A program made the translations under genes and the position numbers. Shown here piece after piece: positions 1 to 8,148 of a DNA stretch of 64,000 bases; the first letter of the stretch is position 1; every line of letters begins with the position of its first letter. The notes under the pieces were generated by a model. It worked only from the letters and a program-made list of their open reading frames with translations. It did no database searches and had not been told where the DNA came from. This DNA comes from Dehalococcoidia bacterium (lineage in GTDB: Bacteria; Chloroflexota; Dehalococcoidia; Lucifugimonadales; UBA3495): contig CBDESR010000005.1 of assembly GCA_965242615.1 (NCBI GenBank), positions 646,854 through 710,853 on the forward strand, given 5' to 3'.

Positions 1-299
1 GTCGGCGCATCAGTGGCGGCCACCACTTGGGCGTTCACCCGATTGGTGGCCCGGTCTTTGACGCCGACCACCGCCGTTTTCCCGACGGTTCCCCGGCCGG
101 CGTGGAGTTTCTTGTCGGCGTGTTTGTTGCCTTCCTTGCCGCCGATGTAGGTCTCGTCGGCTTCCACCGGCCCGGCGAACTTGTCCGCCGCCGCGTTCCG
201 GCACTCCCGGATGCGGTGTTCCATGTGCCACGCCGACTTTTGAGTAATGCCCAAGTCCCGGTGCAGTTTCATACTGCTGACGCCTTTCACCTCGTCTAA
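1..299 (-). pseudogene. IS1595-family (ISXO2-like) transposase fragment, N-terminally truncated, runs off the window start
   Basis: My minus-frame translation is LDEVKGVSSMKLHRDLGITQKSAWHMEHRIRECRNAAADKFAGPVEADETYIGGKEGNKHADKKLHAGRGTVGKTAVVGVKDRATNRV. This is the HTH block plus the VE.DETYIGGK start of the DDE domain typical of IS1595 transposases. An in-frame TGA at 300-302 removes the usual N-terminal zinc-ribbon region. Confidence 0.7.
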
Positions 300-307
300 T
301 CAAAATC

Positions 308-338
308 AGACGCCAAGTCCTTGCCGGACTTGGCGTCT
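308..338 (-). terminator. Perfect 13-bp stem / 5-nt loop hairpin at the IS-fragment junction; terminator-like on the minus strand
   Basis: AGACGCCAAGTCC-TTGCC-GGACTTGGCGTCT. On the minus strand it is followed by GATTTTGATT. No minus-strand gene lies upstream, so it may be a relic or an island boundary. Confidence 0.3.
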
Positions 339-421
339 ATAAGGGTATTATAGTATTACAATTCTATTAAAGCAAATTATTTGTTGCGACTTAATTTCAG
401 GCGCAGCGTTAGCCCGGCCGG

Positions 422-450
422 TTGCCCCGCTAAGCGCGATACGGTATAAT
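422..450 (+). promoter_or_regulatory. Sigma70-like promoter for the giant fusion gene
   Basis: TTGCCC (422-427), 17-nt spacer, TATAAT (445-450). It is preceded by an AT-rich stretch at 340-410. GAGGAGG lies at 468-474. Confidence 0.45.
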
Positions 451-488
451 GCCTGCCTATACCTTATAGAGGAGGCGATCAGCCACCT

Positions 489-3400
489 GTGCAATCCGCA
501 GTCAGCGAACACACCATCATCACCGCCGCCCTCGACACCCTGGCCCGGGAAAATTCCCAAGACCAGGAGCTGCCGCCCGGCAACGCCGCCGGCACCAAGG
601 GAAAGTGGCTGGAGCGCGTAACCGCCGCCGTTGCGCCCCTAATCAAAGACTGGGACATTGCCCGGGCTTGGCTGTGGGACGCTTGGCCCGACCGTCAAAC
701 CTATTTCCCCAACCTTACGGCCGTCGATACCGGCATCGATGTAGTCGCCGTTGCCAACAATGGCGACCACATCGCTATCCAGTGCAAAGCCCGGAAACTC
801 GACGCCGCCGGCCGCGGCAATAACATCCAATCCGCCGAACTCAACAAGTTCACCGCCAACTCCTTCCACGCCATCTGGAGCGAACGCTGGCTGGTCACTA
901 ATGGCGACAACCAGCTCAGCCCCAACTCGCTGATGCAAACCGCCTACTCCGATCCCAACCGCCCGGTCAAACTCATCAACATCCACGCCGACCTGTTGGC
1001 GCAGCAAACGGCGGCGGAACCGGAACCCTGCCCCCACTGCCAGCTGTCTATTGCCGCGCCGGATCCGGATAACCCGCCGCGGCAAACCAAGCAGTGTATG
1101 CAGGATGAAGCGGTCGATGCCAGCGTCCGCCGGCTCCGGGAACAGGAACAATCGGCCAGCGGCGGGCTGCCGGTGGGGCAGGCCCGCGGCAAAATCATCC
1201 TGCCCTGCGGCACCGGCAAAACCCGCATCTCCCTGCGGATTGTCGAGGAACTGACGCCGCCCGGCAGTTTGTCCATCGTCCTTTGCCCCTCCATTGCCCT
1301 CGTCGCCCAAATCCGCCGGGAATACTTGCAGCACGCCCGCCCGGACGGACACATCCGCGCCCTGGCGGTCTGTTCTGATGAAACGGCCGGCTACGACCCC
1401 AAAAAGGAAAGCACCCGCAACACCGCCGCCGACCCGACCCTCGACAACAGCAACTTCAGCGCCGCCGAAGTCAAGGGCAAGGTTACTACGGAACCGGCGG
1501 AAATCGGCAAATGGATTCGAGAGGGGCAAAGCGGGCCGGACGCCCAACAAATCAGCGTCATCTTTGGCACTTACCAGAGCGGCCATCGCATCGCCCAAGC
1601 CCTCGCCGCCACTAACACCACCGCCCGGGCGCTGATTGCCGACGAAGCCCACCGCACGGCCGGCTTGCGCCGCAAACGCAGCAAGAGCCAAAACCAAACC
1701 CTTTCCCAAGAGGAGCAGCGGCTCCGCGACTTTACCCTCTGCCACGATAACGCCGCCTTTCCCGCCACCTACCGCATCTATCAGACCGCGACGCCGCGCA
1801 TCTATGACACCAGCCGGGTGCGCCAAGACCTGCCCAGCGACTGGATTGTCCGCAGTATGGATGATGAAACCACTTTCGGCGTGGAACTTTACCGCAAAAG
1901 CTATGGCGAAGCGGTAGTCAACGGTTGGTTGGCCGACTACCGCATCATTGCCTTGGCCGCAAATGATCCGGAGACGGAACGGCAAGCCAACTACTTGGCC
2001 GCCAACACCCAAAGCAAGGGCCGCCATGCGCTCACCACTACCCACTACCTGCGGGGAATGGCTTTTGCCATTGCGATGGCCGGAGCCGCCGGCGAACCGG
2101 AAAGCGGCGACATCCCCATCAAGTCCTGCATTGCCTTTATGAACACCGTGGACAAATCCGAAAATATGGCCAAAGACCTCCAGACCCAAACCGTCCGGAA
2201 ATGGCTTGACGACTGGATCCGGGAAAACCGCCCCGGCAAAACCCCGGCCCACTACGAATTGGAACACCTCGACGCCAGCAGCAAGGTTAATACCCGGGAT
2301 AACGCCAAGAGCAAGTTGGTTAATGCCGTTGCGGAAAAGCCCCGCGGCATTATCAATGTGGGCATTTTCGGCGAAGGCACCGATGCGCCCTCCCTCAACG
2401 CCGTGGCTTTCCTCGAAGCCCGGCGCAGTCCCATCGATGTCATCCAAGCCGTCGGCCGCGCCATGCGTACCGCTCCCGGCAAAGAACGGGGCTATATCAT
2501 CTGCCCCATTGTTATCCCGCCCCATGTGGATCCCGAAAATTGGCTGAAAACCCACGGCCCGGCGGACGGTTGGCAGGAATTGGGGCAAATCCTGTTGGCA
2601 TTGCGCGCCCACGACGCGCGCATCGAGGACAACCTGGCGGAACTCTTGCACCTCTACATCCCCCAACCGCCGCCGGTACAACGCGTCCTCATCGGCATCG
2701 CCGCCAGCCGGGAGCAGGGCATCCAATACCGGGAACATATCGGCCCGCCCGGGGCCGCCGAGGCGGCCGTGGCCCGCGCCCTCGACGACCCGGCAGTAAT
2801 CGACCGGGAATTTCAACCGGTAGCAAAGCCGGCGGCGGAGACGGTGGCGGCCCTGCAAGTTGCCGAAACCGCCGACGCCTACTCGGTTAATTCGGAAAGG
2901 GATGAGCCTACGCTGATTATCACCGGCAAGAATAACGCCGATGGCAGCAAAGAGCTGCGGATGGACTCGGTCGTACGCGCCAAGCCCAAGGCCGATGGCA
3001 GCTTGGGCCCGGTCGATCTGAAAAAATCCCAAGACCGGGTTCGGAGCATGATTGACAAAGGGGTAGGGGTACGCATTTCTCTCGAGGAGCAGAAGCCGCC
3101 GCCGCGGTCTAAAAAGGATGTCGCAGTAAAACCGCCCCCGGAAGTTGACCCCACGCCGGAAGTTGACCCTGCTCCGGAAGTTGACCCTGCTCCGGAAGTT
3201 GACCCTACTCCGGAAGTCGAAACGGAAAAGCCGCCGCGCCGCACCAGCGCGGAAGTGGCCGAGCAGGCGGTCCAGTCCGCCCTGCGGCTGATTGGATTGG
3301 AGGACAACCACGCCATCCGGATGAACCTGCTGACCAAATCCGGCCTTACCGCCAACCGGACGCTGCGGGACTTGAATATCCTCGAAGCCGGCATTAAGGA

Positions 3401-5753
3401 AGCGGCCCATCATCTGCGCAGCGATGAGCTGCTGCCGGCCCTGAACCGCCACTTCGGGCTGGACAACCTGACCCCGGAAAGCCGCGCCAACCAAGCCGAC
3501 GGCTGCACCATCGCCGCCCTGCTCCTGATGAACGCCGCCATGCTCCACCAGCGCATCGCCGCCGGGGACTGGATCCGCGGCGTCAGCGGACTGGACGGCC
3601 TCAAAAACGCCGCCAGACCGGTCACGATCATCCTGCGGCAGTGGCGCACCATCATTGGCGTGGACTTTAAGCCGGTTATCGAGCCGGCCATCGCCGCCAT
3701 TGACGCCATCGAGGATACCGGCAAATTGGCTGGCTTGGAACGGGCTTTGCATCACATCGCCGCCGAAGCGGAGCGCATTGCCGAAACTTACGCCGATTTG
3801 GGCGCCGACCACGCCGGGCCGCTCTTTAACCGGGTGATGGGCAATCAAGCCTCCGACGGCGCCTTTTTCACCCGCCCGGTGGCCGCGTCTATCGCCGCCC
3901 GCCTCACCCTCGACGCCGCCGACCCCCATAACGCCGCCGCCTGGACCGACCCGGACTGGTGGCGCGCCCATAAAGCCGTGGACCTGGCTTGCGGCAGCGG
4001 CACCCTGCTGGCCGCCCTCCTCGCCGAACTGAAACGCCGGGCCCACGCCCAAGGCGCAGCCCCCGCCCAACTGGCCGAACTCCAGAAAACCGCCGTCGAG
4101 GAAACCCTCAAGGGCTTGGACATCAACCCGGTTTCCCTGCAACTGGCTGCCGCCCAACTCACCGCCGGCAATCACGACATCCGCTACCGCAAAATGGGCC
4201 TGCACCTGATGCCCTACGGCCCCCAAGCCGACAACCCGACCCGCATCGCCGCCGGCACCCTCGAACTCCTCGGCCAGCAAGCCATCGTCCCCCGCCGCGG
4301 CGCAATGAACCTGGGCGACGATAAAATCCAGTCCCAAACCGTGTGGCCCCAAGGGGATGATGCCGAACTCGAGGATGCCGTCGCCGCCGTCAAAGACGCC
4401 CGCATCGTCATTATGAACCCGCCCTTTACCAATCGCGGCAATATGGGCGAAAAGTTTCCCAAGCCAATTCAGCAAGCCCTACGCGGCCGCGCCGATGGTA
4501 TGGAGCAGCTGCTGGTACAAAGTGACCAAACCTTTCTCGACTTTGTCGATAAGAACGCCTTGGAACCGTTGTTCACCGCCTTGGCTGAAAAATGCGTCAA
4601 CGACACCAACGGCATCCTGACGATGATTAGCCCGACGGTTGCGCTCTGCGCGCCATCGGCGTCAAACAAGCGGCTACTCTTGGCCCAACGCTATCATATC
4701 CATACCGTGCTGTCTTGCCATCAGCCGGGCAATGTCAACCTGAGCCAGGGTACCGGCATTAACGAAAGTATCATCGTCGCCAAACGGCATAGCGGCCCCA
4801 AGCCGCCGACCCGATTCATCAACCTGGACCGGATGCCCTTTGACGATGCCGAAGTCGAGCAACTGCACCGTTGCTTGGCCGATTGTCCCCAAGGTTCCAT
4901 TGCCGACGGTTGGGGCGAAGTATCCTACTGGCCGGCGGAACGAATTGCCGCCGGCGACTGGACACCGGCGATTTGGCGTTCCGCGGAATTGGCGGCCGCC
5001 GCCGCGCGATTCGCCAACGATTCCGCGATGGAGACCATAAAAGCTGCTGGCCTGTCGCCTGCGGCGACAGGCCAGCAGCTGCGTGGCTCTTACGAGCCAG
5101 CAGCTGCCGGCCCTCCGGGCAGTTTCCCCATCCTGAAATCCAAGGGAGCGGACAGCCAAGCCTACATCGAAAGCCAGCCGGATGAGTGGTGGATTCACAA
5201 AAACCGGGATGAAAGTAAAACCGCCCAAATCCTTGAGAAAGCCGGTCATCTCTTGATTACCGCCGGCCAGAACAGCAGCACCGGCCGCTTGACCGCCACG
5301 GCGGCCGACGCCAAATATATCGGCAATGGTTGGATGCCGATAACCGAATTGACGGCGCCGCAAGCCAAAGCCCTGGCGGTTTTCCTCAATGCCACGCCCG
5401 GCCGCCTGCTGCTAATGCGAAATCCCGGCAAGACGCTGGTATTCCCTACCTACAGCGCCGCGGAAGCCGGCAATCTCCGCATCCCCAACCTGCAAGAGGC
5501 CGGGGTGTGTCAAATCCTGGCGGACTGCTGGGAACAGACCAAAGGCATACCCGTCCCCCAATTCCGGGACGGGGAATGTGAAGTGCGCCGCCAATGGGAT
5601 GAAGCGGTAGCCCAAGCGCTGAATTGGGACGCGGCCGAACTAACCCGCCTGCGCTTGTTGCTGCACCAGGAGCCGCACATCCGCGGGTTGGGGTACAACC
5701 AGTATGGGGATGGGGGGGAGGGGGAGGGGGACACGGCGGAGACTGACGGCTAA
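489..5753 (+). CDS. Type ISP-like single-polypeptide restriction-modification enzyme: Mrr-like nuclease + SF2 helicase/translocase + N6-adenine DNA methyltransferase + C-terminal TRD-like region (1754 aa)
   Basis: GTG start. N-terminal PD-(D/E)xK block GIDVVAV..HIAIQCK. Helicase motifs: I PCGTGKT, II DEAH (LIADEAHR), III TATP, VI QAVGRAMR. PEVDP(T/A) linker repeat. MTase motif I VDLACGSGTLL and motif IV NPPF (IVIMNPPFTNRG). About 350 aa follow motif IV. Confidence 0.85.
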   Translation: MQSAVSEHTIITAALDTLARENSQDQELPPGNAAGTKGKWLERVTAAVAPLIKDWDIARAWLWDAWPDRQTYFPNLTAVDTGIDVVAVANNGDHIAIQCKARKLDAAGRGNNIQSAELNKFTANSFHAIWSERWLVTNGDNQLSPNSLMQTAYSDPNRPVKLINIHADLLAQQTAAEPEPCPHCQLSIAAPDPDNPPRQTKQCMQDEAVDASVRRLREQEQSASGGLPVGQARGKIILPCGTGKTRISLRIVEELTPPGSLSIVLCPSIALVAQIRREYLQHARPDGHIRALAVCSDETAGYDPKKESTRNTAADPTLDNSNFSAAEVKGKVTTEPAEIGKWIREGQSGPDAQQISVIFGTYQSGHRIAQALAATNTTARALIADEAHRTAGLRRKRSKSQNQTLSQEEQRLRDFTLCHDNAAFPATYRIYQTATPRIYDTSRVRQDLPSDWIVRSMDDETTFGVELYRKSYGEAVVNGWLADYRIIALAANDPETERQANYLAANTQSKGRHALTTTHYLRGMAFAIAMAGAAGEPESGDIPIKSCIAFMNTVDKSENMAKDLQTQTVRKWLDDWIRENRPGKTPAHYELEHLDASSKVNTRDNAKSKLVNAVAEKPRGIINVGIFGEGTDAPSLNAVAFLEARRSPIDVIQAVGRAMRTAPGKERGYIICPIVIPPHVDPENWLKTHGPADGWQELGQILLALRAHDARIEDNLAELLHLYIPQPPPVQRVLIGIAASREQGIQYREHIGPPGAAEAAVARALDDPAVIDREFQPVAKPAAETVAALQVAETADAYSVNSERDEPTLIITGKNNADGSKELRMDSVVRAKPKADGSLGPVDLKKSQDRVRSMIDKGVGVRISLEEQKPPPRSKKDVAVKPPPEVDPTPEVDPAPEVDPAPEVDPTPEVETEKPPRRTSAEVAEQAVQSALRLIGLEDNHAIRMNLLTKSGLTANRTLRDLNILEAGIKEAAHHLRSDELLPALNRHFGLDNLTPESRANQADGCTIAALLLMNAAMLHQRIAAGDWIRGVSGLDGLKNAARPVTIILRQWRTIIGVDFKPVIEPAIAAIDAIEDTGKLAGLERALHHIAAEAERIAETYADLGADHAGPLFNRVMGNQASDGAFFTRPVAASIAARLTLDAADPHNAAAWTDPDWWRAHKAVDLACGSGTLLAALLAELKRRAHAQGAAPAQLAELQKTAVEETLKGLDINPVSLQLAAAQLTAGNHDIRYRKMGLHLMPYGPQADNPTRIAAGTLELLGQQAIVPRRGAMNLGDDKIQSQTVWPQGDDAELEDAVAAVKDARIVIMNPPFTNRGNMGEKFPKPIQQALRGRADGMEQLLVQSDQTFLDFVDKNALEPLFTALAEKCVNDTNGILTMISPTVALCAPSASNKRLLLAQRYHIHTVLSCHQPGNVNLSQGTGINESIIVAKRHSGPKPPTRFINLDRMPFDDAEVEQLHRCLADCPQGSIADGWGEVSYWPAERIAAGDWTPAIWRSAELAAAAARFANDSAMETIKAAGLSPAATGQQLRGSYEPAAAGPPGSFPILKSKGADSQAYIESQPDEWWIHKNRDESKTAQILEKAGHLLITAGQNSSTGRLTATAADAKYIGNGWMPITELTAPQAKALAVFLNATPGRLLLMRNPGKTLVFPTYSAAEAGNLRIPNLQEAGVCQILADCWEQTKGIPVPQFRDGECEVRRQWDEAVAQALNWDAAELTRLRLLLHQEPHIRGLGYNQYGDGGEGEGDTAETDG
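3138..3221 (+). repeat. In-frame 18-bp tandem repeat (about 4.6 copies) encoding a PEVDP(T/A) linker
   Basis: CCGGAAGTTGACCCNNCN is reiterated. Protein: PPEVDPTPEVDPAPEVDPAPEVDPTPEVETE. Confidence 0.9.
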
Positions 5754-5758
5754 AACCC

Positions 5759-5850
5759 GTCATTCCCACGAAAGGGGGAATCCAGAAAAGCCGGAGACTC
5801 TGGATTCCCGTTTTCACGGGAATGACGGTAGGAAGGGGCGGGAATGACGG
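5759..5850. repeat. GTCATTCC..GGAATGAC palindromic intergenic repeat (REP/MITE-like)
   Basis: GTCATTCCCACGAAAGGGGGAATCCAG ... CTGGATTCCCGTTTTCACGGGAATGAC plus an extra GGGAATGACGG. The same family recurs at 7092, 27790, 30365, 44469, 56598 and 58615. Confidence 0.8.
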
Positions 5851-5872
5851 TGAGTAAAGGGCGGGAAGGGCG

Positions 5873-6325
5873 TTAGGGGCTGCTGTTCCCGTTGTTCGCG
5901 GGGTGCCGTTCGACGCCCGGGGGCAGCGGCAAGCCTTCCGGCCACTGGTCCTTATGCTGTTCGTACCACTCCCGCAGCCGGGCCTGTGCCGCGGCGGTCG
6001 CTTCCGAGGCCGCAGATGCGGCCGCTTCGGCCGACGCCCGTTCCACCTCGCGCCGATTGGCTCGCTTGGAAAGAATCATGTGCCACACCTCCGAGTGCAG
6101 GTATAGGGCGGCCAGCAGCCACGGATACAATCCGCCGCCGACAAAGGCCACGCCCTCCTTAATGTTGACCAGGACCGGGCGGGTCGGGTGTTCGTAAAAC
6201 TCCGCTGCCAATCCCACCCCGGTGGCAAGGTAGAAAGTCAGCCACGCCAACAGGAAAAACCACCGGGGAATATCGGTTATCATTTCCGACAGCAGCCATT
6301 GTTTCAACCGCGCTTTCACCTCCAA
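5873..6325 (-). CDS. Hypothetical 2-TM membrane protein with Ala-rich, coiled-coil-like C-terminal tail (copy 1, 150 aa)
   Basis: Two hydrophobic segments (IPRWFFLLAWLTFYLATGVGLAA and VAFVGGGLYPWLLAALYL), then KRANRREVE, an Ala-rich stretch and LREWYEQHKDQWPEGLPLPPGVE. I recognise no family. Confidence 0.6.
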   Translation of the reverse strand: MEVKARLKQWLLSEMITDIPRWFFLLAWLTFYLATGVGLAAEFYEHPTRPVLVNIKEGVAFVGGGLYPWLLAALYLHSEVWHMILSKRANRREVERASAEAAASAASEATAAAQARLREWYEQHKDQWPEGLPLPPGVERHPANNGNSSP

Positions 6326-6414
6326 GCAGATACCCCATTATATACCATTGCCGGCTTGCCGCAAATTAGGGCGAACCCGCCGGGCAAGGCAATGGGGGTT
6401 ATGGGGAAAGGTGG

Positions 6415-6978
6415 TTAGCGGTGGCGGCGGAACAACTGCCAAACCGGAACGGCAAAGCCGGGCAGCAAATCGCCGCCCTCCAGCGTATCATCCTCGGTCA
6501 AAGTAACCGGCTCCTGGTACAGGCGGTACACGGTGATAGTAACCCGCTCCGGGTCCGCCACCCAAACCTCCCGGGAGCCATAGCTCAGCCACATCCCCGC
6601 CTTGGCCGCCAATTCCGGATTAGAATTGCCCGGCGACTTAACCTCCACCGCCAAATCCGGAGCCAGTTCCGGGTAGCCCGGCGTCCCGGCCGGAATCCGC
6701 CCCGGGGCAATCCAAGCCACATCCGGGGCGCGCACCGTATCCGGCTCCCGGTCGAGCCGGTAACCCGGTTCGCCGGCCCCGCCCTCTCCATAGTCATTGG
6801 CCTCGACATAATCGCCCAAGGCATTGGCAATCCGAAACACCGCGATGCGGTGCGGGTTTCCAGTAGGCATTTTTCCCACCAGCACGCCGCGCAGCAGCTC
6901 GTAACGCCGCCCGTCCCGGGGCATCAACAGCAACGCGTCGGCGGTAATCAACTTGGGAGCAGCAGCAACCGTAACCAT
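6415..6978 (-). CDS. Uma2-family (DUF820) PD-(D/E)xK endonuclease
   Basis: TADALLLMPRDGRRYELLRGVLV..MP..NPHR... APDLAVEVKSP ... REVWVADP matches the Uma2 pattern. I chose the internal ATG at 6978 (MVTVAAAPK) over the longer ORF ending at 7047. Confidence 0.8.
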   Translation of the reverse strand: MVTVAAAPKLITADALLLMPRDGRRYELLRGVLVGKMPTGNPHRIAVFRIANALGDYVEANDYGEGGAGEPGYRLDREPDTVRAPDVAWIAPGRIPAGTPGYPELAPDLAVEVKSPGNSNPELAAKAGMWLSYGSREVWVADPERVTITVYRLYQEPVTLTEDDTLEGGDLLPGFAVPVWQLFRRHR

Positions 6979-7091
6979 AACTACCTTACACCAGTCCAGC
7001 CGGATGGGGCTTTGCCACCTAAATAAGCGCCGCCCATTGTAGCACAAAGCGGGATGGCGGCGATAGCGGGGCCGGCCGAGCTATTGCAACC

Positions 7092-7205
7092 GTCATTCCC
7101 GTGAAAACGGGAATCCAGAAATGCCGGAGACTCTGGATGCCCACTTTCGTGGGAATGACGGTAGGAAGGGCGGGAATGACGGTAAGTATAGGGTGGGAAT
7201 GACGG
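7092..7205. repeat. GTCATTCC..GGAATGAC palindromic repeat, copy 2 of the duplication
   Basis: GTCATTCCCGTGAAAACGGGAATCCAG ... CACTTTCGTGGGAATGAC followed by two more GGGAATGACGG units. Confidence 0.8.
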
Positions 7206-7225
7206 TTCCGGCGGCGGGAAGGGCG

Positions 7226-7708
7226 TTACGGGCTGTCGTTCCCGTTGTTCGAGGAGTTCCGTTCCACGCCCGGGGGCAGCGGCAAGCCTTCCGGCCACTG
7301 GTCCTTATGCTGTTCGTACCACTCCCGCAACCGGGCGCGTTCCGCTTCGGCCGCTTCCACCCGCGCCGCCGCCCGCGCTTCCGCCCGCGCCTCCGCCGCC
7401 GCCGCGGCCGCCGCCGCCGCCCGTTCCACTTCCCGCCGATTGGCTCGCTTGGAAAGAATCATGTGCCACACCTCCGAGTGCAGGTATAGGGCGGCCAGCA
7501 GCCACGGATACAATCCGCCGCCGGCAAAGGCCACGCCCTCCTTAATGTTGACCAGGACCGGACGCTCCGGGTGTTGGTAAAACTCTACCGCCAGCCCTAC
7601 CCCGGTGGCGATGTAAAAGGTCAGCCACGCCAACAGGAAAAACCACCGGGGAATATCGGTTATCATTTCCGACAGCAGCCATTGCTTCAACCGCGCTTTC
7701 ACCTCCAA
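7226..7708 (-). CDS. Hypothetical 2-TM membrane protein, paralogue of 5873-6325 (copy 2, 160 aa)
   Basis: N-terminal about 90 aa and the C-terminal LREWYEQHKDQWPEGLPLPPGVE are near-identical to copy 1. The Ala-rich segment is longer and different (AAAAAAAAAEARAEARAAARVEAAEAERA). Confidence 0.6.
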   Translation of the reverse strand: MEVKARLKQWLLSEMITDIPRWFFLLAWLTFYIATGVGLAVEFYQHPERPVLVNIKEGVAFAGGGLYPWLLAALYLHSEVWHMILSKRANRREVERAAAAAAAAAEARAEARAAARVEAAEAERARLREWYEQHKDQWPEGLPLPPGVERNSSNNGNDSP

Positions 7709-7797
7709 ACAGATACCCCATTATATACCATCGCCGGCTTGCCGCAAATCAGGGCAAACCGGCCCGGCAAGGCAATGGGGGTTATGGGGAAAGGAGG

Positions 7798-7857
7798 TTA
7801 GCGATGCCGCCGAAACAACTGCCAAACCGGAACGGCAAAACCGGGCAGCGGATCGCC
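7798..7857 (-). pseudogene. Relic of the Uma2 3' end (last ~19 codons) left by the tandem duplication
   Basis: Minus-strand translation is GDPLPGFAVPVWQLFRRHR*, matching the C-terminus of the 6415-6978 product (..LLPGFAVPVWQLFRRHR*). Similarity stops abruptly at about 7857. Confidence 0.75.
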
Positions 7858-7904
7858 CCAGCCCCAACCGAACTGCCCCCCGCTCGGGACTTGTTGTGTA
7901 AGGG

Positions 7905-8065
7905 GGATAACTGCGGCACTGTTTCAGAAAGTGTTGGTTGGGAAAATATGCCTTAAAATGAGCAAATTTCCGCCGTATCACGTATCTGCTTGACTCGGCA
8001 TTGAGGCCGTAAAAATGCCGTCTGAAACAGTGCCAACACTTTCTGAAACAGTGCCGGATAACTGC
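7905..8065. repeat. AT-rich element bounded by ~24-bp inverted repeats upstream of mod (MITE-like or regulatory)
   Basis: CGGCACTGTTTCAGAAAGTGTTGG (about 7913-7937) faces CCAACACTTTCTGAAACAGTGCCG (about 8031-8055). GGATAACTGC lies directly outside both arms. The interior holds the hairpin CGGCATT..AATGCCG. Confidence 0.5.
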
Positions 8066-8072
8066 CCGGGAC

Positions 8073-8102
8073 TTGACCGGAACTGGGAAACAGGTATATA
8101 AT
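8073..8102 (+). promoter_or_regulatory. Sigma70-like promoter for the mod-res operon
   Basis: TTGACC (8073-8078), 18-nt spacer, TATAAT (8097-8102). Confidence 0.5.
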
Positions 8103-8148
8103 TCCCTTTGCCATAATGCCCGCTAACCATTACGCCGGAGGTTGCGTT

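Larger units (their letters stand above)
5757..7857. repeat. Tandem segmental duplication with 1333-bp period; second copy truncated
   Basis: 5757-6474 aligns by eye almost base-for-base with 7090-7857. The aligned span covers the palindromic repeat, the TM-protein gene and the 3' end of the Uma2 gene. The copies differ in the Ala-rich segment and carry one extra GGGAATGACGG unit in copy 2. Confidence 0.85.

Noticed and set aside
3138-3221. PEVDP repeat as a separate surface or collagen-like protein, or a contingency locus
   Set aside because: The unit is 18 bp and in frame, so copy change cannot switch the gene off, and it lies inside a cytoplasmic enzyme. A flexible interdomain linker is the most economical reading.
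639-4475. Very long antisense ORFs (1278 aa at 639-4475 minus, 586 aa at 9885-11645 minus, 528 aa at 36706-38292 minus, 545 aa at 39091-40728 minus, 805 aa at 45692-48109 minus, 451 aa at 13426-14781 plus, and others)
   Set aside because: Each lies opposite a gene with clear catalytic motifs. Their translations are Gly/Arg/Ala/Pro-rich with no motifs. These are typical shadow ORFs of high-GC DNA.
5759-7205. CRISPR array, because of the recurring GGGAATGAC / GTCATTCCC motifs
   Set aside because: The repeats are palindromic, irregularly spaced, short and scattered over the window. There is no regular repeat-spacer periodicity and there are no cas genes.
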